From contig CAXXJJ010000004.1 of NCBI GenBank assembly GCA_963667015.2, positions 3,424,001 through 3,488,000 on the forward strand: a DNA stretch of 64,000 nucleotides, read 5' to 3'. This document shows positions 37,051 to 47,062 of this stretch, one piece after another. Position 1 is the stretch's first letter. The number at the start of each line of letters is the position of its first letter. This DNA comes from Desulfatiglandales bacterium (GTDB taxonomy: Bacteria > Desulfobacterota > DSM-4660 > Desulfatiglandales > HGW-15). Position numbers and translations under genes: made by a program. The notes under the pieces are model-generated. The model made no database searches. It saw nothing but the letters and a program-made list of their open reading frames with translations, and was not told the origin of the DNA.

Positions 37051-39315
37051 TTACCTGTTCCTGGAAATATCGTTGGCGAGTTTTATGGTTATCTTGTTGG
37101 AGTGACTCAGCCTTTGTGCTATCACCTCAAAAAGATGTTTTGCAACATCAGGGTATTTCTCAACAATCTCAGTGAGTTTATCTCCCGGGAAGCGTTTTAT
37201 CACGGATCTCCCCTTTGAAATGATCGAGGCAGACCTGGCTTCACCAAGTATGGAGGCCATCTCTCCGAAATACTCTTCAGGTTCTGTGATCTCGGCAATC
37301 TTTTTACCCTGTTTTGATACAGTCAATGAACCCTGCACCAGTTTGAAGAAGTCCTTATCCTGGTTGCCTTCATGGATGATTATATCGCCGTCCTCATAGC
37401 GTTCGATATCAGGGTTTACAAGATAGGCGGGCAGTGCCTCCTTGGTAATTACCGTATTTCTTAATACCTCTGCTACGGAAGTCATACCTTCGCGTATTTT
37501 CTGAAGACCTGCCTCTCTCAGGGTCTTCATTCCCTCCTGACAGCCTATCTTTCTCAGCTGATCCTCGGGAATGTCTGCATTTATAGCCTTTGCAACCTCG
37601 TCGGTAACCTCCATGAGTTCATAGAGACCAACCCTTCCCTTGTATCCGCCATTGCAATCAGGACATCCCTTGGGGCCGTAAATCTTGAGGTCCGGAATCT
37701 CTTCCGTGGTAAATCCCATCAATTCGAGCTCTTCGGGGGTATGATGTGTCTCAAGTGTTTTACACTTCTGGCACAGTCTCCTGGCAAGGCGCTGGGAGAG
37801 TACCATTGTGACAGCAGAGGCAAGCATATAGGACGGAATACCAATATCCCTCAGACGCCCTATTGTAGAAGGACAGTCATTTGTATGCAGAGTACTGAAA
37901 ACAAGGTGACCGGTCATAGCTGCCTTAATGGCGATTTCCGCTGTCTCCATATCCCTTATTTCACCAACCATGATTATTTCAGGGTCCTGGCGTAAAAAGG
38001 CCTTAAGCGCGGCAGCAAAGGTCATGCCAACATCATTTCTTACATTAACCTGGTTTATTCCCTTGAAGTTGAACTCAACCGGATCCTCGGCGGTAAGTAT
38101 TTTTGTATCTTCGGTATTAAGAACATTGAGTACGGAGTACAGAGAGGTTGTTTTACCGCTTCCCGTGGGACCGGTAACGAGGACTAGTCCATATGGCCGG
38201 TGAATACATCGCTTCAGCGCCTCAAATGCCTCCGGCTCAAAGCCCAGCTTTGTAAGGTCAACATTAAGAGCGCCCTTGTCAAGAATACGCATAACAACAC
38301 TTTCACCAAAAAGGGTGGGAAGGGTTGAAACACGAAAATCAACCGCAGATTTTCTTCCGACGCGCATTTTTATTCTGCCGTCCTGCGGCACTCTTCTTTC
38401 AGATATATCCAGATTGGACAGTATCTTGATCCTGGAAATGAGACCGTTTTTTATAGATAAAGGCAGATTCATCGTTTTAAAGAGTGAACCGTCAAGCCTG
38501 TACCTTACCTGGAGAGATTTCTCAAATGGTTCAATATGTATATCACTGACGCCGTCTGTAACGGCCTTGACAAGTATACCGTTTACAAGCTTGATAATCG
38601 GGGCATCGCCGGCTGAGAATTCATCTTCGTCAATATCCTCATCCAGGCTTTCAAGCTCCATGTCCCCAACGGCCTCTGATACCAGTGAGCCGAAGTCATC
38701 AACCTGGGTTACAGGAAGGTCATCCTCATCCTGCTCGCCTTCTTCTGCAAAATAGCTCTTATATTCTTCTTCACTTATCTTGTAGAATTTTTTATAGGCC
38801 TCAATTATATCCTTTTCAGTGGCGACCCATACCTTCATGCCCATTCTGACATCGGTCTGGAGCGACTCTACCGCAGCCGAGTCAGTCGGTTCGGCCATGG
38901 CAATATCAAGGGTCCTGTCCCTTTTTTGCAGAGGAAAGGCCAGGTATTTTTTTACCGTATCATAGGGGATTATCTGCAGTAGATCGGGAGAGGGATTGAA
39001 GTCCCTGCTTGTTGCAGCCGGATAATTATGTGTACGGCTAAGTACATTTACTATTGTTCCCTCTTCAATATATCCCTTCTTGAGAAGGATGCTTCCCAGG
39101 CGGCCCTTGGTTTTTTTCTGGATATTCTGGGCATCCTGCAGCTGGCTGCTGGTAATATGCCCCTCTTTACAGAGGATCTCACCTATCCTTGTTTTTCCTG
39201 CCCCGGACTGGTCTTTGATGGTGGCCTTAAGATGCGAAAATGAACTGTTCAGTGATGCAGCTTTTACCGGCTTTAAATGAGATGGTTTGGGTTTTTGTTT
39301 TTGAGGTATTGCCAT
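37051..39315 (-). CDS. pilB: Type IV pilus assembly ATPase PilB with N-terminal MshEN and C-terminal cNMP-binding domain
   Basis: SDIHIEP, PQDGRI, GPTGSGKTT, LRQDPEIIMVGEIRD, STLHTND, CxxC/CxxC Zn motif; RIGEIL/RLGSIL repeats; C-terminal FGEMA..ARSAS. Confidence 0.93.
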   Translation of the reverse strand: MAIPQKQKPKPSHLKPVKAASLNSSFSHLKATIKDQSGAGKTRIGEILCKEGHITSSQLQDAQNIQKKTKGRLGSILLKKGYIEEGTIVNVLSRTHNYPAATSRDFNPSPDLLQIIPYDTVKKYLAFPLQKRDRTLDIAMAEPTDSAAVESLQTDVRMGMKVWVATEKDIIEAYKKFYKISEEEYKSYFAEEGEQDEDDLPVTQVDDFGSLVSEAVGDMELESLDEDIDEDEFSAGDAPIIKLVNGILVKAVTDGVSDIHIEPFEKSLQVRYRLDGSLFKTMNLPLSIKNGLISRIKILSNLDISERRVPQDGRIKMRVGRKSAVDFRVSTLPTLFGESVVMRILDKGALNVDLTKLGFEPEAFEALKRCIHRPYGLVLVTGPTGSGKTTSLYSVLNVLNTEDTKILTAEDPVEFNFKGINQVNVRNDVGMTFAAALKAFLRQDPEIIMVGEIRDMETAEIAIKAAMTGHLVFSTLHTNDCPSTIGRLRDIGIPSYMLASAVTMVLSQRLARRLCQKCKTLETHHTPEELELMGFTTEEIPDLKIYGPKGCPDCNGGYKGRVGLYELMEVTDEVAKAINADIPEDQLRKIGCQEGMKTLREAGLQKIREGMTSVAEVLRNTVITKEALPAYLVNPDIERYEDGDIIIHEGNQDKDFFKLVQGSLTVSKQGKKIAEITEPEEYFGEMASILGEARSASIISKGRSVIKRFPGDKLTEIVEKYPDVAKHLFEVIAQRLSHSNKITIKLANDISRNR

Positions 39316-39464
39316 AATGCCTGTCTGATAATAAACAATTTTATTTATTTATGCTTAAATTAAGCATTAATAATACAATTAATAATATATGCGTAATTTT
39401 ATCAAAATATTACTTATCTAAGGGAAGTATACTCATACTCAACCGAGTAAAAACCTCACACTAT

Positions 39465-39491
39465 ATATCGGTATATAGATAAAAAACATTA
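39465..39491 (-). promoter_or_regulatory. Possible sigma-28 (FliA)-type promoter upstream of pilB
   Basis: Minus strand TAAT-N15-ACCGATAT versus consensus TAAA-N15-GCCGATAA. Confidence 0.4.
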
Positions 39492-39664
39492 AGATTAAAT
39501 ACATCTATTTTTATTAAGAATATAACTATTTGAATTTGTGATGAAAAAGTTTTAAGAAGTTAAATATTATCAGAAAAATATAATCATAACAATGAGATGC
39601 AATGTCGGTTGTATTTTATAAGTTCAGGAATTCAGGAGAATTGACATCCATTTTTTGCAGACAT

Positions 39665-39928
39665 TTATGAGGATTCTATTTCAGGTTTTGTGTAGATGAT
39701 CCGGTATTTTTCTTCAGCGCCCCTGTAACACTCCATGCACTCTTTTTCTTCCCGGGTTTTAATACAGCCATCATCAGCAGTTTTTGCCCGGAGGGGAACC
39801 AGCAGGACCTCAAAACCGGACTCTTTATATAACTCTGTTATCTCACTCAATCGCGGCTCACAGGCAACAAATCTCCTGGTCCAGCCATCGGCCTCCGTAC
39901 GGTTTTCACATTTTGGTGTATCAGGCAT
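39665..39928 (-). CDS. Small hypothetical Cys-containing protein
   Basis: GWTRRFVACEPRLSE..ELY...GFEV..CMEC; overlaps upstream gene end. Confidence 0.7.
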   Translation of the reverse strand: MPDTPKCENRTEADGWTRRFVACEPRLSEITELYKESGFEVLLVPLRAKTADDGCIKTREEKECMECYRGAEEKYRIIYTKPEIESS

Positions 39929-40898
39929 ATATTTCTGCTAAAATTATTGCCCTGCCCGAAAAGAATCCAATAAAAGAGTCCGCTTCTTCCGGTTTTTCAG
40001 ATGACCGGAATAAAAACATGGAAAACGAAATATACCTGTCCATTGGTGCGGATTGAGACGCAGACTCAAATTCTGTGGTCAGGTTTTTAAGGGCAATTAT
40101 TTTATCTTCCTGCCTTAAGTCTGAAAAGACAATATCACGGATATCGTTTCCGATAGTTATTTCTGTACCTTTAATATCTGTATCTTTAAACAGCGGGCTC
40201 TTAAAAGATACAATCTCAGGATTTTTCAGATCATTTTTAAAAATATCACATTCGTCTGAAAGATAGTCAAATATGCGCCGGTCAATGGTCAACAGCATAT
40301 CGTCAGGGTCTATAATTCTGTTAAAAAGGCCGTGCCATGCCCTTAAGAGCCGCTTCATATTTGCATCATTTAGAAAAATATCAGGGTCTATATCCCTTAG
40401 GTTTTCAAGTGGATACCTGGTGTTTTCTGTCAGATCCGCATTATTCAGCAGTGGTGAAGGCTGTTTTTTCAGGTTTTCCAGCATCCGGTTTGCGTCATTC
40501 CTGTTTTCTTCAAGCCTGTTTGCCAGGTGCAGGAGCATGTGCCACCTGAGTATCATATCCTTTTCAGAGGTGTCTGAAATCCTGTTGGCAAGGATAGTTT
40601 TAATGTGGCGGAGCGACTCGTTTGATGTCGGGTTTATATGACCTGTCTTAATAATCTCTTTGCGGCTCTTTTCACCCTGCTCATAGGCCCAGTTGAAGCA
40701 TTCATTGAGGAGTGCATCAAAATCGGCTTCCGGTTTATAATCCTCGGGCGGATACGATGCTGTTATCTCCATATTATCCACATATTCGGGCACATTGCCT
40801 CCCCAGGGGATATATATCTTTAAAGGTGAAAAACAGGGGGTAATCTCGCTTAGCCGGGATAACCCGGAATGGGCATATGATATTAAATGTATTGTCAT
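39921..40898 (-). CDS. Hypothetical protein
   Basis: 325-aa ORF filling the gap; no recognisable motif. Confidence 0.7.
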   Translation of the reverse strand: MTIHLISYAHSGLSRLSEITPCFSPLKIYIPWGGNVPEYVDNMEITASYPPEDYKPEADFDALLNECFNWAYEQGEKSRKEIIKTGHINPTSNESLRHIKTILANRISDTSEKDMILRWHMLLHLANRLEENRNDANRMLENLKKQPSPLLNNADLTENTRYPLENLRDIDPDIFLNDANMKRLLRAWHGLFNRIIDPDDMLLTIDRRIFDYLSDECDIFKNDLKNPEIVSFKSPLFKDTDIKGTEITIGNDIRDIVFSDLRQEDKIIALKNLTTEFESASQSAPMDRYISFSMFLFRSSEKPEEADSFIGFFSGRAIILAEIYA

Positions 40899-41055
40899 TT
40901 TTCTTAACTATATTAAATGGTTGACATTTCAGTTATAAAGACGTCCAGATTGCTAATATGAGTATCAGATTGGCAGGTATTGTTTCAACAATAAAAAGGT
41001 AAAAAAGATAACATGATTATTGACCCGCAAATAGATTTCCTGTAAAAAGCGCCGC

Positions 41056-41196
41056 ATGACAAAAGAAAAATTGATAGAAATCCTTACAGGGATATTGAAT
41101 ACAGATTTAGATTTGAGCTTTCTTCAGCAACTCAAAGAAAATGAGATAGAAACCCTTGTGGCATGCATCAGGGAAAGGATTGATACGGCAAAATAA
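41056..41196 (+). CDS. Small helical hypothetical protein (46 aa, below ORF-track cutoff)
   Basis: MTKEKLIEILTGILNTDLDLSFLQQLKENEIETLVACIRERIDTAK*; amphipathic pattern; followed by hairpin TGCCAGG..CCTGGCA. Confidence 0.6.
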   Translation: MTKEKLIEILTGILNTDLDLSFLQQLKENEIETLVACIRERIDTAK

Positions 41197-41259
41197 TACT
41201 CTGCCAGGGCACCCTGCCTGGCACTCTCAGGCTTTTTTGTGATTCTTTCCCTGATAATT

Positions 41260-42303
41260 TTACTGCATCTGGTTGGCTATTTTTTGAACCGAATCAACAG
41301 TCTCTTCAATAATAGATGCCAGACTTTCTTCAGGAAGCCCGATAAAATCAAGGGCCTTGCTGTCCATTTTGTATAGCATGCCGTCAATTCCGGTGCCTAT
41401 ACCGCTCATTAAAGAAAGCGAATCAGCAACATGTACAATGTATGCAAGCATATTCTCCCTTGACCTGGAAGGATGATGATGGTAGCAGACCGCGGTTGTA
41501 AGCACTGAGGGGATCTTCCATGTTTGGCACATCTGTGCTGCAATCTCTGAATGATCAAATCCCAGGATATCTTTTTCTGCCTCAAGAAATGTCTTTTCCC
41601 CGCCTTCCATAAATTCTTCAAAAAGGGATTGTCTTTCCATCAGGTATCTATCAAGAACAATTTTACCCGAATCATGAATCAGGCCCGCAGCAAATGCATC
41701 GTTTTCAAGATCAGGCTTTACCTTTTTGGATATTATCTTTGATGCGAGCGCCACAGCCAGTGAATGCTGCCACAGATCACCCGAATCCAGCTTATAACCA
41801 TCCAGTGAATTACCAAGAAGCGTGGAAGAGCCTGCCATGGAAACTATCTCGCCTACAGTCTTGTAGCCTAAAAGCACCGACGCATGCTGGACTGATGAGA
41901 CCTTGCCTGCCAGTCCATAGTAGGCAGAGTTTGACAGTCTTAAAACCCTGGTGGCCATTGCCTGATCGGTTTCAAGTATATCGGAAAGGGCCTTGAAGTT
42001 TGATTTAGGATCGTTCATTACTTCCCGGGCCTTGAACATTACCTGGGGCATAGGGGGCAGTTCCTTCAGCCTTCTCAATATTATTTTCTGGAGGGCTTCA
42101 CCCCTTGGTAAATCTTTTTCTGCTTCAATCGCGGCAGTATTCTTGGGTTCAGGGGGAGACTGAGCGCCATCGGTCTTTGAGCGCAGGTCGATATTAATTA
42201 TGTTCTTACATGAGGGACATGGAAAGGCGACCTTTTCACCATATGGAAGCCTTTCTTCCGGTATGTTATAAACCTTACCACAGCCAGTACATTTAATCTT
42301 CAT
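41260..42303 (-). CDS. Zinc-ribbon plus HDOD domain signalling protein
   Basis: CTGC..CPSC finger; LPPMP, DQAMATRVLRLSNSAYYG, LWQHS, AGLIHDSGK; start reassigned to MKIKC. Confidence 0.9.
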   Translation of the reverse strand: MKIKCTGCGKVYNIPEERLPYGEKVAFPCPSCKNIINIDLRSKTDGAQSPPEPKNTAAIEAEKDLPRGEALQKIILRRLKELPPMPQVMFKAREVMNDPKSNFKALSDILETDQAMATRVLRLSNSAYYGLAGKVSSVQHASVLLGYKTVGEIVSMAGSSTLLGNSLDGYKLDSGDLWQHSLAVALASKIISKKVKPDLENDAFAAGLIHDSGKIVLDRYLMERQSLFEEFMEGGEKTFLEAEKDILGFDHSEIAAQMCQTWKIPSVLTTAVCYHHHPSRSRENMLAYIVHVADSLSLMSGIGTGIDGMLYKMDSKALDFIGLPEESLASIIEETVDSVQKIANQMQ

Positions 42304-42355
42304 AGTAAACCTTTCCTCGGGGTAATGTGTCCGCTTCAGCACAACTCTTTTTAAG

Positions 42356-42793
42356 TTAATTAATCTGAATTTCCCCTGTTTCAATATTCAGAAGCATCGA
42401 ACGGATGTTTGATCCGCCAGTCTGATCGGTTTTTATGTTCATCTTTGCCTTTGCCAGGGCAGTCTTTGCAGCTTCTGCGAGCCTCATCCCAACACTGTTA
42501 GCGGTCGGTGCCCCTGCCATGGTGGCTCCACCGGCTATTGCCACGGTGAATGGAGGGCCAGCGCCTTCCTTCTCAAATAACTCAATGGCGTGTGGTATTG
42601 CCGTGTCTGCAAATTTAGCCGGATTTGCAGGTGAGGGGGAGTCTGCCTGCGGAGCCAGGGTATGTATGCCTATTCCTATCTTTTTTGGCTGGCTGTAGAT
42701 TAATATTCCTACTCCTACTCCTACTCGATCTATTTTAATAGTTCCCGAGTTTGCAAGTGTGCACTGCATGATTTTTACTGAAGTCTCTGTCAT
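42356..42793 (-). CDS. cheD: CheD-like protein (catalytic Cys apparently absent)
   Basis: GIGIHTLAP, PAKFADTAI, IAGGATM, VG.R, DQTGGS..R CheD motifs; LGSC replaced by VGVG. Confidence 0.8.
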   Translation of the reverse strand: MTETSVKIMQCTLANSGTIKIDRVGVGVGILIYSQPKKIGIGIHTLAPQADSPSPANPAKFADTAIPHAIELFEKEGAGPPFTVAIAGGATMAGAPTANSVGMRLAEAAKTALAKAKMNIKTDQTGGSNIRSMLLNIETGEIQIN

Positions 42794-43153
42794 TCTCCTA
42801 CCGTTTTAAGAACAGATTGATGTATAGATTAAGTAAATAACACTCAATATCATGATGCAATATATATACCGTTTAAGTATTTGCATATAATTTTTTTTTC
42901 ACGGAGGGATATATCCTGTACTCAGAGAGCTGCAGCCGCACTATATGGAGAAATACTCCGGCACTGTTCGTCAAAAGAAGACATATTTTAATAATCTAAT
43001 TAGTCAATAATTTGACAACTCTCATTTCTAATGAAAGTTATCCAGAACTTATTTTCCGTTGACAAAAGAAGAAAGAATAGTTTATCACAGTTTATAACTA
43101 TTTAGAGTTAAAGTCTAAATGTATTTCCGGAAACATTTAGCTGGTAATATAAA

Positions 43154-43783
43154 ATGAAAAGCACACACATCAAAGGCATACTACCCATTATCTGTTCAGG
43201 TTTATTTATACTCCTTTTTGCCCAGGGCCTTTATGCCCAAAAAGAACTTATCAGCATAGACGCATACGACAGGCTGCAGACAGTGCCGGATACCTTTCTT
43301 ATTGATGTAAGAACCAGGGCTGAATATCAGTTTGTCGGCCATCCAAAGCGGGCCTACCTGTTCCCCTATATGTTCATGACCTTCAAACTGGCCAAGGTGG
43401 GCGATGGCTATGAATACCAGTACCAGAAAAACGAGGCATTCATCGAAGAAATAAGTAAGGCTTTTAAAAAGAATTATAACCTGCTTATTATTTGCCGGGA
43501 TGGCAAGAGAAGCGCACAGGCAGCCAAAGATTTAATAGATGCCGGCTTTGAAAATGTTTTTAATATCAAGCACGGTTTTGAAGGGAAAGAATTTCCCTAT
43601 AATGAAGACCCCGACCTGGATAAATGGTACAAGAATCTCGCAAGGCAGAACGAGGTAAACGGATTTATGCACCGCCGTCATAACGGATGGCAGTGGTGGG
43701 GGCTTCCCTGGACATATGAAATGGATCCAAAATATCTCTATCCACCCGATCTTTCTCCAAAAACCTCAGCTCGCAATAAGTAA
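43154..43783 (+). CDS. Exported rhodanese-like domain protein
   Basis: Signal peptide, LIDVRTRAEYQFVGHP, ICRDGKRS active-site loop, GW...GLPW. Confidence 0.88.
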   Translation: MKSTHIKGILPIICSGLFILLFAQGLYAQKELISIDAYDRLQTVPDTFLIDVRTRAEYQFVGHPKRAYLFPYMFMTFKLAKVGDGYEYQYQKNEAFIEEISKAFKKNYNLLIICRDGKRSAQAAKDLIDAGFENVFNIKHGFEGKEFPYNEDPDLDKWYKNLARQNEVNGFMHRRHNGWQWWGLPWTYEMDPKYLYPPDLSPKTSARNK

Positions 43784-43926
43784 GTAAAACAGTCATCTTT
43801 TTCTTGCCGTTGATTTTCATACAATAGACAGTTATTATAATTACCGCATGATTTTTAAAATCGACTCAGGCGAACATCTGATAAATCCTGATCGCCTTTA
43901 TTATCCTTCATCTAATAGCTTAAACA

Positions 43927-46900
43927 GTGGGTGCCGACATGAGTTCAATTACAGATCGATTAAAGGGTATTGCCTGGTATAAATGGGTGTCAGCCGCATG
44001 TATATTTTTATATCTAATTTATTTATCCCTTTCCTGGTTATACCTTCCCGGAAAACTTAAACGGGTAACAGAGACAGATGTTTCAACGATGATCGGCCGA
44101 GAGATATCTGTTGAAAAGATAAGTTTCAATCCCTTTACTCTGTCACTTTCCGCAGATAATTTTTCTATCTCGGAAAAAGATAAAACGCATCTGGTTGCAT
44201 GGGATCAGCTGGTTGTAAACCTGGGTTTCTGGAGGTCTGTTTTTTCATGGGGGATTGCCCTCGATCAGTTTTACCTGGACAGTCCCAGCATAAAGATCGT
44301 TAAAGATAAGGACGGTTTTAATTTTAATGATATTATTGAACGGCTCTCCACTTCTGAACCGGAAACCAATACTCCTCAGGATAAAAAAGAAGAAAGCGGA
44401 TCAATTTCAATTGAAATAAATAATACATCAATAAACGGGGGAGAGTTTGCCTATTCTGATGTCAGTGGGACTGCCCGTGCCGGTATCGACCTGGATGATA
44501 TTTCACTTTCAGTGGAAAAGCTCTATTTTGCTACGGGAGATAAAGACCTGAATCCATTCAGCCTCAAGGCCAAGGGACCAAGGGGAAGCCGGATAGAACT
44601 GGGGGGAAGCTACAGGGTTGACCCTCTGCATGTTGAAGGAAATATCAGGGCAGAGGGGGTTGGATTATCCTATTTCAGCGGTTTTCTTGAAAATATTATA
44701 CCAGTAAAACTAAGCGGGGGCATGCTTTCCTTTGGAACGAATATCCTTGTGACAAATGACAACCAGTTCATCCTGAAGACAAAAAACGGAAATATATCGA
44801 TAGATGATCTGGTAGTTGATGACAGCGTTCCTGAGCCCTCCATGCTTAAGGCCGGCAGTATCGACGTGCAGGATTTCAGTTTTGATCTTACCGGGCAAAA
44901 GGTAGTTGTTCAAAGGGTGCTTTTAGATGAGATTACCCTGAACCAGTGGATCGATGGGAATGGCAGGCCAAGGTATGAAGAACTGCTCCCAGGAGAGGCA
45001 CAGGGAGAATCGGCAGAAAAGAAAACTCCTTCCGGAGACAGTGAAAAAACGCCCTGGGGCCTTATGATAAAGCAGGTCTCTCTTAAAAACAGCATAATCA
45101 ACTTTGATGACCAGAATGAAGAAATAACCAGGGGACATTCACTATCAGAAATAAACATTGATATAAATGATATCTCCCTTGCACCTGAAAGCAAAATATC
45201 TGTTCGTCTTGCCGCTATGCTTGATGATAAGGGCGGAATAAATGTTGAGGGCATACTGAGCCCTTCTCCCTTTTCAATGGAGCTGACCTATCACTTGGAT
45301 AAGATCCTGCTTAGCCCTTTCTCCGAATATATTGAAACCGCCTCATGGTTAGGCATAGAGAATGGCAGCCTTTCTGTTGAAGGGAAGGTATCTGTCAGTG
45401 AGGGGGAAAAGCCCGGCATTAATGCTTTCGCCAGCTTTGGCGTGGATGATTTCAGGCTCAGGGATTCCCGTTCAGGAAAACCTGTTTTCGGATTGAAGAC
45501 CTTCAGGCTTGATGACATAAAGGCGGACGTGGATAAACAGAATGTTTCGATTGCCTCTGTCAGCATTTTAAAACCGGATTTCAATTTAAGCATATCTGAT
45601 AACAGGGAGTTTAATCTCTCGGGACTGACGAAAGAAAAAAATGACGAGACAATTCCTGATTCCCCGGGAGAGGCATCGGATAAATCTACGGACTGGAAAT
45701 TTGAAATAGATAAAGTCAGCATGAGTGACGGCACCCTTCTATTCTCTGATAACAGTATAAAGCCTGCCTACAAAAGCGGCCTGTATAATATGACTTTTTC
45801 ACTGGATAAAATTGGATCGGACATAAAGAACCCTGCACCCTTTTCCTTTAAAACAGAAATAGACAAATACGCACCCTTTACTATTACCGGCACCCTTGAC
45901 CCTATTGACAGGCAACCGGGATTTGACTTTAACAGCATGTTAAAAGGACTTGATATGCCAACGCTGTCACCCTATTCCGGCGTGTATATCGGTAACAACC
46001 TGAAAAGCGGAAAGCTCTCGCTCAGCCTTGACTATGCCCTTCATGACCGGAAGCTAAAGGGTAAAAATAATATAAACGCCAAAAATCTTTACCTAGGAGA
46101 AAAGCTGCCTGTCGAACCTGTCGTCAATGCACCCGTGGGGCTCGGCCTTGCACTCCTGCGTGACCTGTCAGGAGTAATCGACCTTGATGTGGGGGTATCA
46201 GGTGACCTTGATGATCCGGGTTTCAGCGTTACCGGTGTGATAGTTAAGGCCCTCGTTAACATAATAGTTAAGGCGGCCGCATCTCCCTTTAAGCTGCTTG
46301 GGGCATTGATCCCTGGAGGGGGTGACGACCTAGGGAATGTTACCTTTGATCCAGGGAGCCCCTCCTTGAATCAGGCGAATAAGGGCAGGCTCAAAAACCT
46401 TGTGGATGCACTTAATAAAAGGCCCCAGCTTATCCTGACTGTAAGAGGTAACGCCTCCGGCCCGGAAGATATTGAAGCACTGAAGATTATGGGGCTGAAA
46501 AACCTTGTCGCAGAAAAGCGTGCAGCAGTATTATCTGTTATAGAGCAGGAATTACTGGCTCAGGATTTCTGGATGATCGGGGAAAACCGACCGGTGCTGG
46601 AAACAATCAATAATGAAATGGGCCTGCCCGCTATTGCCGAAAGGATGAATGAAGCGATGCCTGCCGGTGATGCTGAAACACAGGATGAGACAGGAAGTCA
46701 GGATACAACTCTTGCCGAGCAAAAAGTATATAAACAGGTTTACGATGACATCATCGCAGCCTGGAAAATCGGAGAGGATAAACTTCTTTCCCTTGCTGAC
46801 GAAAGAGCGCTTTCAATCAAACAGTATCTGGTAGATGACCTTAAGCTCAGTCATGAAAGGGTATCAGTAATAAAAAGCATTGCCGGTGATCTTTCAGGAA

Positions 46901-46932
46901 GGGTTATCAGCCTGGGAGTGGATGCAATGTAG
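43927..46932 (+). CDS. DUF748 domain (AsmA-like) protein
   Basis: N-terminal TM, SFNPFTL, repeated beta modules, GLALLRDLSGVIDLD..GDLDDPGFS, KAAASPFKLLG. Confidence 0.88.
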   Translation: MGADMSSITDRLKGIAWYKWVSAACIFLYLIYLSLSWLYLPGKLKRVTETDVSTMIGREISVEKISFNPFTLSLSADNFSISEKDKTHLVAWDQLVVNLGFWRSVFSWGIALDQFYLDSPSIKIVKDKDGFNFNDIIERLSTSEPETNTPQDKKEESGSISIEINNTSINGGEFAYSDVSGTARAGIDLDDISLSVEKLYFATGDKDLNPFSLKAKGPRGSRIELGGSYRVDPLHVEGNIRAEGVGLSYFSGFLENIIPVKLSGGMLSFGTNILVTNDNQFILKTKNGNISIDDLVVDDSVPEPSMLKAGSIDVQDFSFDLTGQKVVVQRVLLDEITLNQWIDGNGRPRYEELLPGEAQGESAEKKTPSGDSEKTPWGLMIKQVSLKNSIINFDDQNEEITRGHSLSEINIDINDISLAPESKISVRLAAMLDDKGGINVEGILSPSPFSMELTYHLDKILLSPFSEYIETASWLGIENGSLSVEGKVSVSEGEKPGINAFASFGVDDFRLRDSRSGKPVFGLKTFRLDDIKADVDKQNVSIASVSILKPDFNLSISDNREFNLSGLTKEKNDETIPDSPGEASDKSTDWKFEIDKVSMSDGTLLFSDNSIKPAYKSGLYNMTFSLDKIGSDIKNPAPFSFKTEIDKYAPFTITGTLDPIDRQPGFDFNSMLKGLDMPTLSPYSGVYIGNNLKSGKLSLSLDYALHDRKLKGKNNINAKNLYLGEKLPVEPVVNAPVGLGLALLRDLSGVIDLDVGVSGDLDDPGFSVTGVIVKALVNIIVKAAASPFKLLGALIPGGGDDLGNVTFDPGSPSLNQANKGRLKNLVDALNKRPQLILTVRGNASGPEDIEALKIMGLKNLVAEKRAAVLSVIEQELLAQDFWMIGENRPVLETINNEMGLPAIAERMNEAMPAGDAETQDETGSQDTTLAEQKVYKQVYDDIIAAWKIGEDKLLSLADERALSIKQYLVDDLKLSHERVSVIKSIAGDLSGRVISLGVDAM

Positions 46933-47062
46933 TATTTCTATAAGTATCTGAAAAACAACAAGCCCCCAGAAAACAGGACTATCCTGAATTGGAGGCTTGT
47001 AGTTTAAATTATTCTTAATATCCCGCTCTTTCAGATTGCAGGATATCGGGGGGATCAGAAAA

